DNA of 64,000 nucleotides from Pseudobdellovibrionaceae bacterium. GTDB taxonomy: Bacteria; Bdellovibrionota; Bdellovibrionia; Bdellovibrionales; UBA1609. Positions within the stretch are counted from its first letter, which is position 1; each line of letters starts with the position of its first letter. This document shows positions 26,956 to 35,740 of this stretch, piece by piece. The position numbers were made by a program, and so were the translations under genes. Location: the NCBI GenBank assembly GCA_023954155.1, contig JAMLIO010000008.1:5229-69228 (forward strand), in the 5' to 3' direction. The notes under the pieces were generated by a model, which searched no databases, had not been told where the DNA came from, and worked only from the letters and a program-made list of their open reading frames with translations.

Positions 26956-27645
26956 ATGAAAAGTATTTGTTTACTCGAAGACAATCTTGAATTAGGTAGC
27001 TCCTTGGTGGAAAAGTTCCAAGAGACTAATTTTGTATGTCACTGGTTTAAAACACTTAAGGATGCGAAGACTCATTTAGATGTGCTCTTAAGTTCTGATC
27101 TTTTTATTTTGGATGTGGGCCTTCCTGATGGTTCGGGATTTGAATTTGCGCAGTGGTTACGTACCAATAAATACAATCAGCCTTTGATGTTCTTAACAGC
27201 CATGTCTTCAGCGGAAGATCGTTTAAGAGGTTATGAGTTAGGGGCTGAAGAGTACATCCCTAAGCCTTTTTTATTTAAAGAGCTTGAGATTCGAGTGCGC
27301 CACGTTTTAGACACTCATTTAAGCACAGATGAGTATGATCTTGGGGAACTTAAAATTGATTTTAAATCCATGTCTTTAATCTGGAGCAGTGGTGAAGTTT
27401 TATTTTTACAAAACAAAGACATGCAAATTTTAGAACTCATCATAAAAATGTCCCCCAAGGTGTTATCGCGCGATGAACTTTTAGATCGTGTCTGGGGAGA
27501 GGATCAATTTCCCACGGAACGTACCATTGACAACTGTATTGTGCGTTTAAGACAAAATTTAAAAGACTACGGCAAGTACCTGCGCTCTGTCAGAGGGGTA
27601 GGGTACCAGTGGATAGAAGTGGACGCGGCTGAACACAATAAATAA
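26956..27645 (+). CDS. OmpR/PhoB-family response regulator
   Basis: Receiver domain (LEDN..., phospho-Asp in ILDVGLPDGSG, K in IPKPF) plus a winged-helix C-terminus (TIDNCIVRLRQNL...RGVGYQ). Confidence 0.88.
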   Translation: MKSICLLEDNLELGSSLVEKFQETNFVCHWFKTLKDAKTHLDVLLSSDLFILDVGLPDGSGFEFAQWLRTNKYNQPLMFLTAMSSAEDRLRGYELGAEEYIPKPFLFKELEIRVRHVLDTHLSTDEYDLGELKIDFKSMSLIWSSGEVLFLQNKDMQILELIIKMSPKVLSRDELLDRVWGEDQFPTERTIDNCIVRLRQNLKDYGKYLRSVRGVGYQWIEVDAAEHNK

Positions 27646-27653
27646 CCGAAGAG

Positions 27654-27679
27654 GGCAACTTTTATGGTTGCCGCTTTTC
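27654..27679 (+). terminator. candidate weak intrinsic terminator or attenuator between the response regulator and hemE
   Basis: GGCAAC-TTTTATG-GTTGCC followed by GCTTTTC. Confidence 0.4.
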
Positions 27680-27692
27680 ACTGGAGATCAAA

Positions 27693-28715
27693 ATGAACGT
27701 AAAATTTAAAAATGCTTTAAATCGTAGTCCTCAAGCGGTCCCCCCAATTTGGTTTATGCGACAGGCAGGAAGATACCATAAGCACTATCAAGGTTTGCGC
27801 TCCAAGTATTCGTTTATGGACTTGTGTAAAAAACCAGAGCTGGCCAGTGAAGTGGCCCTGGGTCCTATCCGCGATTTTGATTTTGATGTTTCTATTTTAT
27901 TTTCAGACCTTTTATTTCCGCTTGAAGCTATGGGGATGGGTCTTGATTATAAACCAGGCCCAGTACTGGGTTGGCACTTAGATGCCACAAATATAAATCG
28001 TCTCACACCATGGGAAGATGCTGTGAGAGGAGTCGAGTTTCAAAAAGACGCTGTGCGGGCCACACGTGAACTTTTACCTCAAGACAAGAGTTTAATTGGA
28101 TTTGTCGGTGGACCATGGACGCTGTTTTCTTATGCCGTAGAAGGCAGTCATAAGGATGGCCTTAAGAAGACCAAACAAAATTTATCTTTATTTAATACTT
28201 TTTGTGAAAACTTAGTTCCTCTACTTAAAGCCAATATTGCCTTACAGCTTGAAGCGGGATGTGAAGTGGTGATGATCTTTGACACCTCTTCTGGAGAGTT
28301 AAGCCCACAGGATTATCAAAGCTATGTGGTGCCTCAGATTTTAAAATTAGCGGAGACCTTCCCTAAAAGACTGGGTTACTATTCTAAAGGCACTACAGGG
28401 GATCACTACACTCAAGCACTTTATAGTGCCGCTTGGGCAGGTTTAGGCTTTGATCATCGTTGGGACATCAAGGCGGCTTTACAAAATTCTAAGCAACCTG
28501 GTTTTGTGCAAGGCAATTTTGATCAGTACTTTTTATTTCAAAACACAGAGGATTTTAAACGCAGCGTGGATCAGTACTTGTCACGTCTTCAGGAACTCAG
28601 TCCCAGTGAACGTGCAGGGTGGGTGTGTGGTTTAGGACATGGAGTTTTACCAGAAACTCCTGAGGATCATGTGAAATATTTTGTTCAAAGAGTCAGAGAG
28701 GTGTTAGGTGAGTAG
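27693..28715 (+). CDS. hemE: uroporphyrinogen decarboxylase
   Basis: PPIWFMRQAGRY N-terminal signature. Typical length of 340 aa. Confidence 0.9.
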   Translation: MNVKFKNALNRSPQAVPPIWFMRQAGRYHKHYQGLRSKYSFMDLCKKPELASEVALGPIRDFDFDVSILFSDLLFPLEAMGMGLDYKPGPVLGWHLDATNINRLTPWEDAVRGVEFQKDAVRATRELLPQDKSLIGFVGGPWTLFSYAVEGSHKDGLKKTKQNLSLFNTFCENLVPLLKANIALQLEAGCEVVMIFDTSSGELSPQDYQSYVVPQILKLAETFPKRLGYYSKGTTGDHYTQALYSAAWAGLGFDHRWDIKAALQNSKQPGFVQGNFDQYFLFQNTEDFKRSVDQYLSRLQELSPSERAGWVCGLGHGVLPETPEDHVKYFVQRVREVLGE

Positions 28716-30054
28716 TGAACTGTTAAATAAATATGATGTGCCCGCTCCTCGATACACCAGTTATCCTACGGTGCCCTATTGGAATGATGATCCCACATCA
28801 GAAGAATGGGTGACATCCCTAAGAAAGTATTTTTCTCAAGACCACACCACGTGGTCCATGTACATTCATATTCCTTTTTGTGAAACTCTATGTACATTTT
28901 GTGGATGTAATACCATTATCACCAGAGACCACAAAAGAGAAAACCCCTATCTTGAAAATTTAATCAAAGAGTGGAAGCTTTACGTAGAAAAAGTTCCAGA
29001 GATCAAAACCAAACCTTTAAAAGAGCTGCATCTAGGTGGCGGAACACCTACTTTTTTTTCGGCACAGAATCTTTCGCAGTTGATTTCAGAAATTCTTAAA
29101 GATGTCACCTTAGCTGAAGATTTTGAAGGAGGCATTGAAGTTGATCCTAGAAGAACCAAAGAAGATCAATTGCAAGCTCTTCGTGAACTTGGATTTTGTC
29201 GAGTCAGTATGGGCGTTCAAGATTTTGATCCTGAAGTGCAAAGACTGGTGAACCGCATTCAACCTGAATCCATGACCTATGATCTGACCCAAAAAGCGCG
29301 CGCACTAGGGTACTCTTCAGTCAATTATGATCTGATTTATGGCTTGCCCAAGCAGACCCCCGAAAGCATCGAGGTTTTAGCGCAAAAGACTTTGCAACAT
29401 AAACCTGATCGTATCGCACTTTACTCTTTTGCTATGGTGCCTTGGATTAAACCTACTCATCGAATTTATAAAGATGAAGATTTACCTCAGGGTGCAGACA
29501 AGCGTCGACTGTATGAAATTGCTCGTAATATTTTAACTGAAGGTGGGTATGTTGAAATCGGTATGGATCACTTTGCCTTAAAGACGGACTCTTTGTACTC
29601 GGCAACTGAAAACCAAACCTTGCATCGTAATTTTATGGGTTACACTCCTTTTAGAACTAATATTTTATTGGGTTTAGGTGTGAGTTCTATTTCAGAAACT
29701 CCAGATTGCTTTCATCAAAACGAAAAGAAACTTCCCGTGTACGAAAGAATGTTAGAACAAGCTGAACTGACGACATTTCGAGGGCACAAGCTCACCGCTT
29801 TAGATCAAAGACGTCGAGAACAGATTTTAAATTTGATGACATTGTGGGAAGCGCAGTTAGATGATCAGGTTCATGAAGAACGTATTAAGGAGTATTTGAC
29901 TGAGATGATTGCTGACGGTTTGGTGGAAGTGAAAGACCTTAAAATGCGCATCACAGATAAAGGGCAACCTTTTTTAAGAAATGCGTGCATGGCTCTTGAT
30001 GAGCGTTTAAGAGAAGTGTATCCCGATAAAAAAATATTCTCTCAATCACTATAG
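28708..30054 (+). CDS. hemN: oxygen-independent coproporphyrinogen-III oxidase (radical SAM)
   Basis: KYDVPAPRYTSYPT N-terminus, radical-SAM CxxxCxxC in HIPFCETLCTFCGC, and GGGTPT. The GTG start overlaps the hemE stop by 8 nt. Confidence 0.9.
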   Translation: MSSELLNKYDVPAPRYTSYPTVPYWNDDPTSEEWVTSLRKYFSQDHTTWSMYIHIPFCETLCTFCGCNTIITRDHKRENPYLENLIKEWKLYVEKVPEIKTKPLKELHLGGGTPTFFSAQNLSQLISEILKDVTLAEDFEGGIEVDPRRTKEDQLQALRELGFCRVSMGVQDFDPEVQRLVNRIQPESMTYDLTQKARALGYSSVNYDLIYGLPKQTPESIEVLAQKTLQHKPDRIALYSFAMVPWIKPTHRIYKDEDLPQGADKRRLYEIARNILTEGGYVEIGMDHFALKTDSLYSATENQTLHRNFMGYTPFRTNILLGLGVSSISETPDCFHQNEKKLPVYERMLEQAELTTFRGHKLTALDQRRREQILNLMTLWEAQLDDQVHEERIKEYLTEMIADGLVEVKDLKMRITDKGQPFLRNACMALDERLREVYPDKKIFSQSL

Positions 30055-30063
30055 GGTCAAGCT

Positions 30064-31320
30064 ATGAAAAAAGTGGCCGTAATAGGTGGGGGATTTTCAG
30101 GACTTTCGGTGGCGTGGGCTCTATGTAAAGAAGCTCATCGTCAGAATTGGGATGTGCAGATCGACATCTACGAAAAGCACTCTTGTCTTGGGGGACTGCT
30201 GCAAACCCAAAGAGACACGTGGGGACTGGTTGAGCCTGCGGCGAACTCGATTTTAGTTTCTGAGGCCGTAGATGAAATGGCTAAAGACTTTGGTGTGACT
30301 TGGGCTAAGAAGAAAAAGACCTCGCGCAAACGTTGGGTGATGACGGCAAAGGGTCCATCAAGATGGCCTTTGAGTGCATTTCAAACTTTTAAAAATTTAG
30401 ATCGTCTGTTGGGTGTAGCTAAAGGCAGCCCCAGATGGATATTTAAAGAACAAGAGACCATCAAGCAGTGGGGCGATCGGGTGTTTAGAACTCCGCAAGT
30501 GGTGGATGAGTTCATCGGTCCTGCTTTATCAGGAGTGTATTCCAATCGACCGCAAGAACTTTCAGCCAGTTTATGTTTAAGTTCGCTGTTTCAAAAACCC
30601 CAACCTAAATCTAAAGGCTCTATGGCTCCCGAAACAGGAATGCTTGAGTTTTTTGAAAAAGCAGAAGAGTTCTTTAAACATCAAGCTTCTGTCAGTGTGC
30701 ATTTAGATACTGAGATTCAGGACGTGAAGTCTTTGGGGGCTGATATTGTGATAGACTGTAGGCCCAACGCTTTAGGGCTTAAGATCAACTACAATCACAT
30801 GACTAGCGTTTCCGTCTTTTGGCCTGGGGAAGGTCGTCCTAATATTGAAGGATTTGGGTGTCTGTTTCCGCATTCAGACAAATATATTGGAGTGCTGTTT
30901 GACACCGATATTTTTGAGGGACGCGCTTCGCAAGATGTATTTTTAGAAAAGTGGATCATTAAAAATCCAGAACCTCAAACTCAGTGGACGGAAAAAGATA
31001 CACAAGACCTTCTAGAATTTAGATTTAAGAATCTACAGCAAAATGCCAAATCTTTACAACGTTCAAATGTGGAACCCTTAAAAGTATGTGCCTTTAGTTT
31101 ATCAAGAGCGTTGCCCAAGTATGATCTGAATTTAGAAGCCCAACTTAACGGTGCCACTAAAAAATACTTTATGGGTTCAAAGATCTATGTCGATCGTAAT
31201 AATGACAAGCATATTTTTCATGGAAATTATTTGGGTGAGATAGGACTAAATAAGATTCTTCATAAGTCCATACTGATTGCAAAGTACGTGGGTGACATTA
31301 CAGCTAGTGGAGCAGTATGA
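30064..31320 (+). CDS. hemY: FAD-dependent protoporphyrinogen/coproporphyrinogen oxidase (HemY-type)
   Basis: N-terminal dinucleotide fold VAVIGGGFSGLSVAW. Position between hemN and hemH. Substrate (proto- versus coproporphyrinogen) cannot be called. Confidence 0.7.
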   Translation: MKKVAVIGGGFSGLSVAWALCKEAHRQNWDVQIDIYEKHSCLGGLLQTQRDTWGLVEPAANSILVSEAVDEMAKDFGVTWAKKKKTSRKRWVMTAKGPSRWPLSAFQTFKNLDRLLGVAKGSPRWIFKEQETIKQWGDRVFRTPQVVDEFIGPALSGVYSNRPQELSASLCLSSLFQKPQPKSKGSMAPETGMLEFFEKAEEFFKHQASVSVHLDTEIQDVKSLGADIVIDCRPNALGLKINYNHMTSVSVFWPGEGRPNIEGFGCLFPHSDKYIGVLFDTDIFEGRASQDVFLEKWIIKNPEPQTQWTEKDTQDLLEFRFKNLQQNAKSLQRSNVEPLKVCAFSLSRALPKYDLNLEAQLNGATKKYFMGSKIYVDRNNDKHIFHGNYLGEIGLNKILHKSILIAKYVGDITASGAV

Positions 31321-32342
31321 AAAAAGCAGTTTTAATGATCAATATCGGTTCTCCAAATAGTTTAGACCTTAAAGATGTTAAAGATTATTTAGAGCAGTTT
31401 TTAATGGACCCTCGTGTGATCAATTACCCGTATTGGTTAAGATACTTATTATTTAAAAAAGTGATCATTCCTAAGCGCACCCCTAACTCGGCAGAAGCTT
31501 ATGAACAAATTTGGCAAAAAGAGGGTTCCCCACTTCTGATCTACACTCAAGAGCTTGTGGATAAGATGAATGAAAAAGATAAGGAGTATGATTGGTTCTG
31601 GGCCATGCGCTACTCTAAGCCTACGGTGGCTTCTCGGCTGCAAGAGATTATAAATAGGGGTTATGAAGAGATTGTGATTTTCCCTGCTTATCCCCAATTT
31701 GCCGACTCTTCGACAACGTCGTCTTTGGATGTGGTGCAAGATTTTTTTAAAGAACCCCAAATGTGCAAACTATGGCAGGGCAGAGTTAAGTACGTTGAAG
31801 ACTTTTATAAGAATAAGGATTTTATTTCTAATATCGTAGATCAATGTCAGAATCAGACTAAAAAGTTCACAAGTGCAGATCATGTGCTGTTTTCTTTTCA
31901 TGGTCTTCCAGAAAGTCATCTGCGTTTGATTCATAAAAGTTGCAAAAGTGCACAGTGTGAAACTCAAATCAGTTCTGAAAATCAAAAGTGTTACAAAGCC
32001 CAATGCTATCAAACCGCAAAGGCTGTTGCAGAAGGTTTAGGAATTCAAGATAAGTATTCTGTGTCTTTCCAAAGCCGCTTAGGCCCTAGCAAGTGGATTG
32101 AACCTTATACAGATGTTGTTGTAGAAGATTTAGCTCGTAAAGGCACAAAGTCTTTAGTGGTATTTTCTTTAGCCTTTGTCACAGACTGTTTAGAAACTCT
32201 AGAAGAGTTAGATATCCGCCTTAAAGACTCTTTTTTATCTTCGGGTGGTACAGATTTTTACCGAGTCCCTTGTTTGAATCAAAACTTTGATTCTGCGTTT
32301 GATATTATAAGAACGGAAGAGCTGAAGATATTAAATCTTTAG
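31317..32342 (+). CDS. hemH: ferrochelatase
   Basis: MINIGSP...FLMDPRVI, FPAYPQFADSSTTSS, FSFHGLP and AFVTDCLETLEE blocks. ATGA overlap with hemY. Confidence 0.9.
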   Translation: MKKAVLMINIGSPNSLDLKDVKDYLEQFLMDPRVINYPYWLRYLLFKKVIIPKRTPNSAEAYEQIWQKEGSPLLIYTQELVDKMNEKDKEYDWFWAMRYSKPTVASRLQEIINRGYEEIVIFPAYPQFADSSTTSSLDVVQDFFKEPQMCKLWQGRVKYVEDFYKNKDFISNIVDQCQNQTKKFTSADHVLFSFHGLPESHLRLIHKSCKSAQCETQISSENQKCYKAQCYQTAKAVAEGLGIQDKYSVSFQSRLGPSKWIEPYTDVVVEDLARKGTKSLVVFSLAFVTDCLETLEELDIRLKDSFLSSGGTDFYRVPCLNQNFDSAFDIIRTEELKILNL

Positions 32343-32397
32343 AATTAAGCTTTAAATTTTTCAAGTGCGATAATGCGCATGGTTATTGCGCCATACC

Positions 32398-33411
32398 TTA
32401 ATTATTATGCGGACTCCACTGCTTACCCATAGATATAATTTTATTTATAAGTTCAATATAAGATATTCCTATAGACTTAGCACTCATAGCAAAGTCTTCA
32501 AATTCCGAAATATCGGGATTGGGGTTGGCTTCTAAAATGTAAATGTCTTCGTTTTCTGAGACTCTTAAATCCATGCGCGCATAACCACTAAGCCCTAAGA
32601 TTTGATATGCTTTTTTTGAAATCTTTTGCAGTAGGGCGGCTTGAGCTTCTGAAATTTCGGCAGGTCCAGTTTGAATGCCGTTTCGTTTGCGATAACTTTC
32701 ATTAAATTTAGCATTTGTAGTGTACCACTGGTTTTCTGGGTCCACATCTTTATTAAATTTCAATTGCCACACAGGCAAAGCTTGCAGGCGGTAGTTTCCC
32801 ATAACCCCTACAAAAAACTCTTGGCCTTGAATGAACTCTTCAGCAATGGCATCAGTCTTAAAATTTTCGTGGATGAACTTCACGCGCTCTTTAAGCTTTT
32901 CATCATTTTTAACAATAGAAGCTTGGGAAAGTCCCAAAGAGGCCTCTTCGTTTAAACATTTTACGATCACAGGAAAACTATCTATTTTCACTTTAGTCTG
33001 AGGCGTATTTAAGGGAAAGACCTGAAACTCTGCCGACTTGATCTTGTGAAAGGCCAAGATCTTTTTAGATAAGGCCTTATCCCTAGCTAAAATCAGTCCC
33101 TTAGGATTGCACCCCGTATAAGGTATCCCTAAAAGTTCTAAGTGACTGACCACATTCTGATCCAGAGTGGCTTCACCATTAAACTCTTCAAGTAAATTAA
33201 AAACAATACTGGGTTTAAATTCAGAAATAGTATCAGTAATGATCTGTAGGTTCTCATACACCCCAAGAACATGCACATTATGACCCGCAGTAAGAAGAGC
33301 CTGCTTGACCTGATACTCTGTCACCCAAGGTGTATTATCCCAATCCACAATAGAAGGATCTTCAACCTCTGGCGGCACTAAATCCTGATGCACAAGCAAT
33401 AACACCTTCAT
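32398..33411 (-). CDS. D-alanine--D-alanine-ligase-like ATP-grasp enzyme of unknown substrate
   Basis: Pre-ATP-grasp N-domain. ARDKALSKKIL, PVIVKCLNEEASLG, AEEFIQGQEF and YILEANPNP match the ATP-grasp layout. It lacks normal ddl (murein) gene context. Confidence 0.65.
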   Translation of the reverse strand: MKVLLLVHQDLVPPEVEDPSIVDWDNTPWVTEYQVKQALLTAGHNVHVLGVYENLQIITDTISEFKPSIVFNLLEEFNGEATLDQNVVSHLELLGIPYTGCNPKGLILARDKALSKKILAFHKIKSAEFQVFPLNTPQTKVKIDSFPVIVKCLNEEASLGLSQASIVKNDEKLKERVKFIHENFKTDAIAEEFIQGQEFFVGVMGNYRLQALPVWQLKFNKDVDPENQWYTTNAKFNESYRKRNGIQTGPAEISEAQAALLQKISKKAYQILGLSGYARMDLRVSENEDIYILEANPNPDISEFEDFAMSAKSIGISYIELINKIISMGKQWSPHNN

Positions 33412-33650
33412 AAAAAAGCCACCCTTCTTAATATATTACACGACGAAGCTAAGAGTTTGTAAAGACTAGAATAAAAAGAAACCCCAAAACAACAAAAGAA
33501 ATCAACAGATCGTTTTTAATTCAAAAATATTTAAAGATAACGAAAACACACAATATCAAGCGTTTGATAATTAAAAGCTTAACATTAAAAATTTAAAATT
33601 TCACTAAGACAAAGAAAACAACTTCACTCACTTTACCCGATTAACTGAGA

Positions 33651-33791
33651 CTTTGGGTCTTGGGGTGGGGATTTTCTATATATGGTCGAAATGCGAGTTC
33701 GGCTTGGCGTGATTTTGCGAACGCAAAATCATGACAAACGTCACTGTCTGAGCATTTTATATATAGAAAATCCCCACCCCAAGACCCAAAG
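33651..33791. repeat. rod-like hairpin element, copy 2 (conserved core reads on the plus strand)
   Basis: 33651-33683 is the exact reverse complement of 33759-33791 (33 bp). The 75-nt core 33684-33758 matches the reverse complement of the 17485-17565 core at 69 of 75 positions. Confidence 0.85.
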
Positions 33792-33794
33792 GGG

Positions 33795-34829
33795 CTACAT
33801 TTTGATTCCCATTTTACCTGAGTAAATTAAATTCATATTATAGATACAAAGCATAGAAACAAGTTCAAGACTGGTCGTCTTTTCAGTTTTAATCAGAAAG
33901 GCTTTGTTCTCTTTGCAAAATTCAAGGATCTCGTCATACATCTGCCCAAGGGTGTAGGCGTCTTGCCCCGTCCACTTGGACAGAGTTTCAAGAATATGTG
34001 GCCGCTCTTTTTTTAAAAACACAGCAGCAGATTTGTTTTTCTTATAAGCTGTGGACGAAGAAAATAAATGAAACACAATAGGGGTCAGATCCATTTTTTC
34101 TTCAGAAGATAAATAAGACATTTGGTCATGATAAAAGGTCTTTAGTTTTTTTGTGCTTTTGACAATGTTTCCTGGACGTTTTCTGACAAACACCTTGGGG
34201 CTTTTGCCTTTAATGCCCTTCATGGTTTGATCCACGAACTTTAATTTTTCTAAAGCCAGAGGCCAATTTTTATATTTGCTCTTCCATTTAGACGAGGGGC
34301 TTAGCCAAGTGGCAAAGGTCTCGGCCCAATCCTCATCGGGATGAGCTTGGGCGTACCAAGGGTTAATGTGGCTAACAAAATTTTTATAGTTCAATCTTGG
34401 GTAATAGGATTCAGGGTATGGCGCCGAGGACAAACCAAAAAGTTTTTGTCGTTTGCGTGACATTCTTAAATGGAAGGCGTTGTCTATGGCATGTCCCGCT
34501 TCATGGCGCAAAACCCGCATACAGTCTTTGGGGTCAGCACCTTCGGGTGGAGCACCCATGATCGCCGCATGCAGGGCGATCAATCGAGGATGAACCAGAT
34601 AAAAGGGCACGGCAATGCCAGGCACTCCATCAGTGGCGTACCACTCGCTAGCAATCCAAAAGTGAGGTTTAAATCTTAAATCTTTTTCAGAAAGTTCTTT
34701 ATAAAGAGCCTTAATAAAAGGAGTCAGACGCGAGTGACGAAGAGACAAGTTCAGATCGCAAAAGCGTAACTCTAAAAGCTCTTTATCAGTAAGAGAGGTC
34801 CACCAGTCCGTCTTTTGTCTTTTTGCCAT
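33795..34829 (-). CDS. cytoplasmic HExxH putative zinc metallopeptidase-like protein
   Basis: VLRHEAGHAIDNAF (HExxH), followed downstream by HPDEDWAETFATW. No signal peptide. Confidence 0.55.
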   Translation of the reverse strand: MAKRQKTDWWTSLTDKELLELRFCDLNLSLRHSRLTPFIKALYKELSEKDLRFKPHFWIASEWYATDGVPGIAVPFYLVHPRLIALHAAIMGAPPEGADPKDCMRVLRHEAGHAIDNAFHLRMSRKRQKLFGLSSAPYPESYYPRLNYKNFVSHINPWYAQAHPDEDWAETFATWLSPSSKWKSKYKNWPLALEKLKFVDQTMKGIKGKSPKVFVRKRPGNIVKSTKKLKTFYHDQMSYLSSEEKMDLTPIVFHLFSSSTAYKKNKSAAVFLKKERPHILETLSKWTGQDAYTLGQMYDEILEFCKENKAFLIKTEKTTSLELVSMLCIYNMNLIYSGKMGIKM

Positions 34830-34838
34830 AAAGCTGAT

Positions 34839-35234
34839 TTAGTCTTCGCAGAGTGTTTCTATCACGGACCATTTTCCTGCCCACAGTGTCCATTCGGTAC
34901 TGCAGAGGTAGTACTCATAACCCTTGCAGGGATAAATGGGGCCGTAGACTTTAGTGATCACGCTGAAATTTTTTAAAGCATGGGTCAGAAGGTTATCGGT
35001 AGTTTCAAACCCCTCAAGATAAAAATGTTTAAGTCCACAAGTCATTCCATGAGCATCTTGAAACAAATAAGACTCTAAGGAGGCTTCTGTCTCTTGCACC
35101 ACAGACGCAAGATCAAGTCCAGTGATGGTAAGCACCTCATTTTGACTTAAAGGTGTGACTGCGGCCTGGAGATTTTGTAGGTGTAAAAATAGGGGAATGG
35201 CAAACGCAAAAAATAGTGGGATTTGGTTTTTCAT
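34839..35234 (-). CDS. small secreted Cys-containing hypothetical protein
   Basis: ATG at 35234 (MKNQIPLFFAFAIPLFLHLQNLQA signal peptide) has AAGGA 6 nt upstream. The ORF-track start 35264 would overlap the GNAT gene. Confidence 0.5.
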   Translation of the reverse strand: MKNQIPLFFAFAIPLFLHLQNLQAAVTPLSQNEVLTITGLDLASVVQETEASLESYLFQDAHGMTCGLKHFYLEGFETTDNLLTHALKNFSVITKVYGPIYPCKGYEYYLCSTEWTLWAGKWSVIETLCED

Positions 35235-35254
35235 ATCTATCCTTTGTAAGGGCA

Positions 35255-35737
35255 TTAAGTCCAAATTCTACGTAATCGTTTATGCGGCCCAGAGCCTGGG
35301 ATGTCAAACTCTGCACCATGAATTTTAAAGCCAAAACTAGTATAGAGATTAAGAGCCGATATTCTGGCATTACACCAGATCATCTCGGCCTTGGGTTCGT
35401 TGTCAATCAGATGGTTGAACATCATTTCCAGTAGAGTATGGCCAATGCCTGAGCCTTGAAATTCAGGCAGCACGGCCATACCTCGAATCCTAAAGATGCG
35501 CTCTGATAACACCTCGTCCTCGTCTTCAGGAATCAAAGTGCCAACGCCCACAAGTTTCGCTCCTTCAAAGGCGCCAATATGTAGAGTGCGAGGGTGGAGG
35601 TCTTGGGCATAAGTGACCCGCTGGGGGGGGCCGTGGGGATGAAGAACGGCTTGTCTTAAGCCTAAAATGTCTTCAAGCATACTGGGGTCTAAAACCTTAA
35701 AACTTCTAGGGGGAATGTCGTTTTGCCAAAAGACCAT
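35255..35737 (-). CDS. GNAT-family N-acetyltransferase
   Basis: Acetyl-CoA loop context IRGMAVLPEFQGSGIGHTLL (Q/RxxGxG/A). Size is 160 aa. Contains a C8 homopolymer (35623-35630). Confidence 0.75.
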   Translation of the reverse strand: MVFWQNDIPPRSFKVLDPSMLEDILGLRQAVLHPHGPPQRVTYAQDLHPRTLHIGAFEGAKLVGVGTLIPEDEDEVLSERIFRIRGMAVLPEFQGSGIGHTLLEMMFNHLIDNEPKAEMIWCNARISALNLYTSFGFKIHGAEFDIPGSGPHKRLRRIWT

Positions 35738-35740
35738 AGA

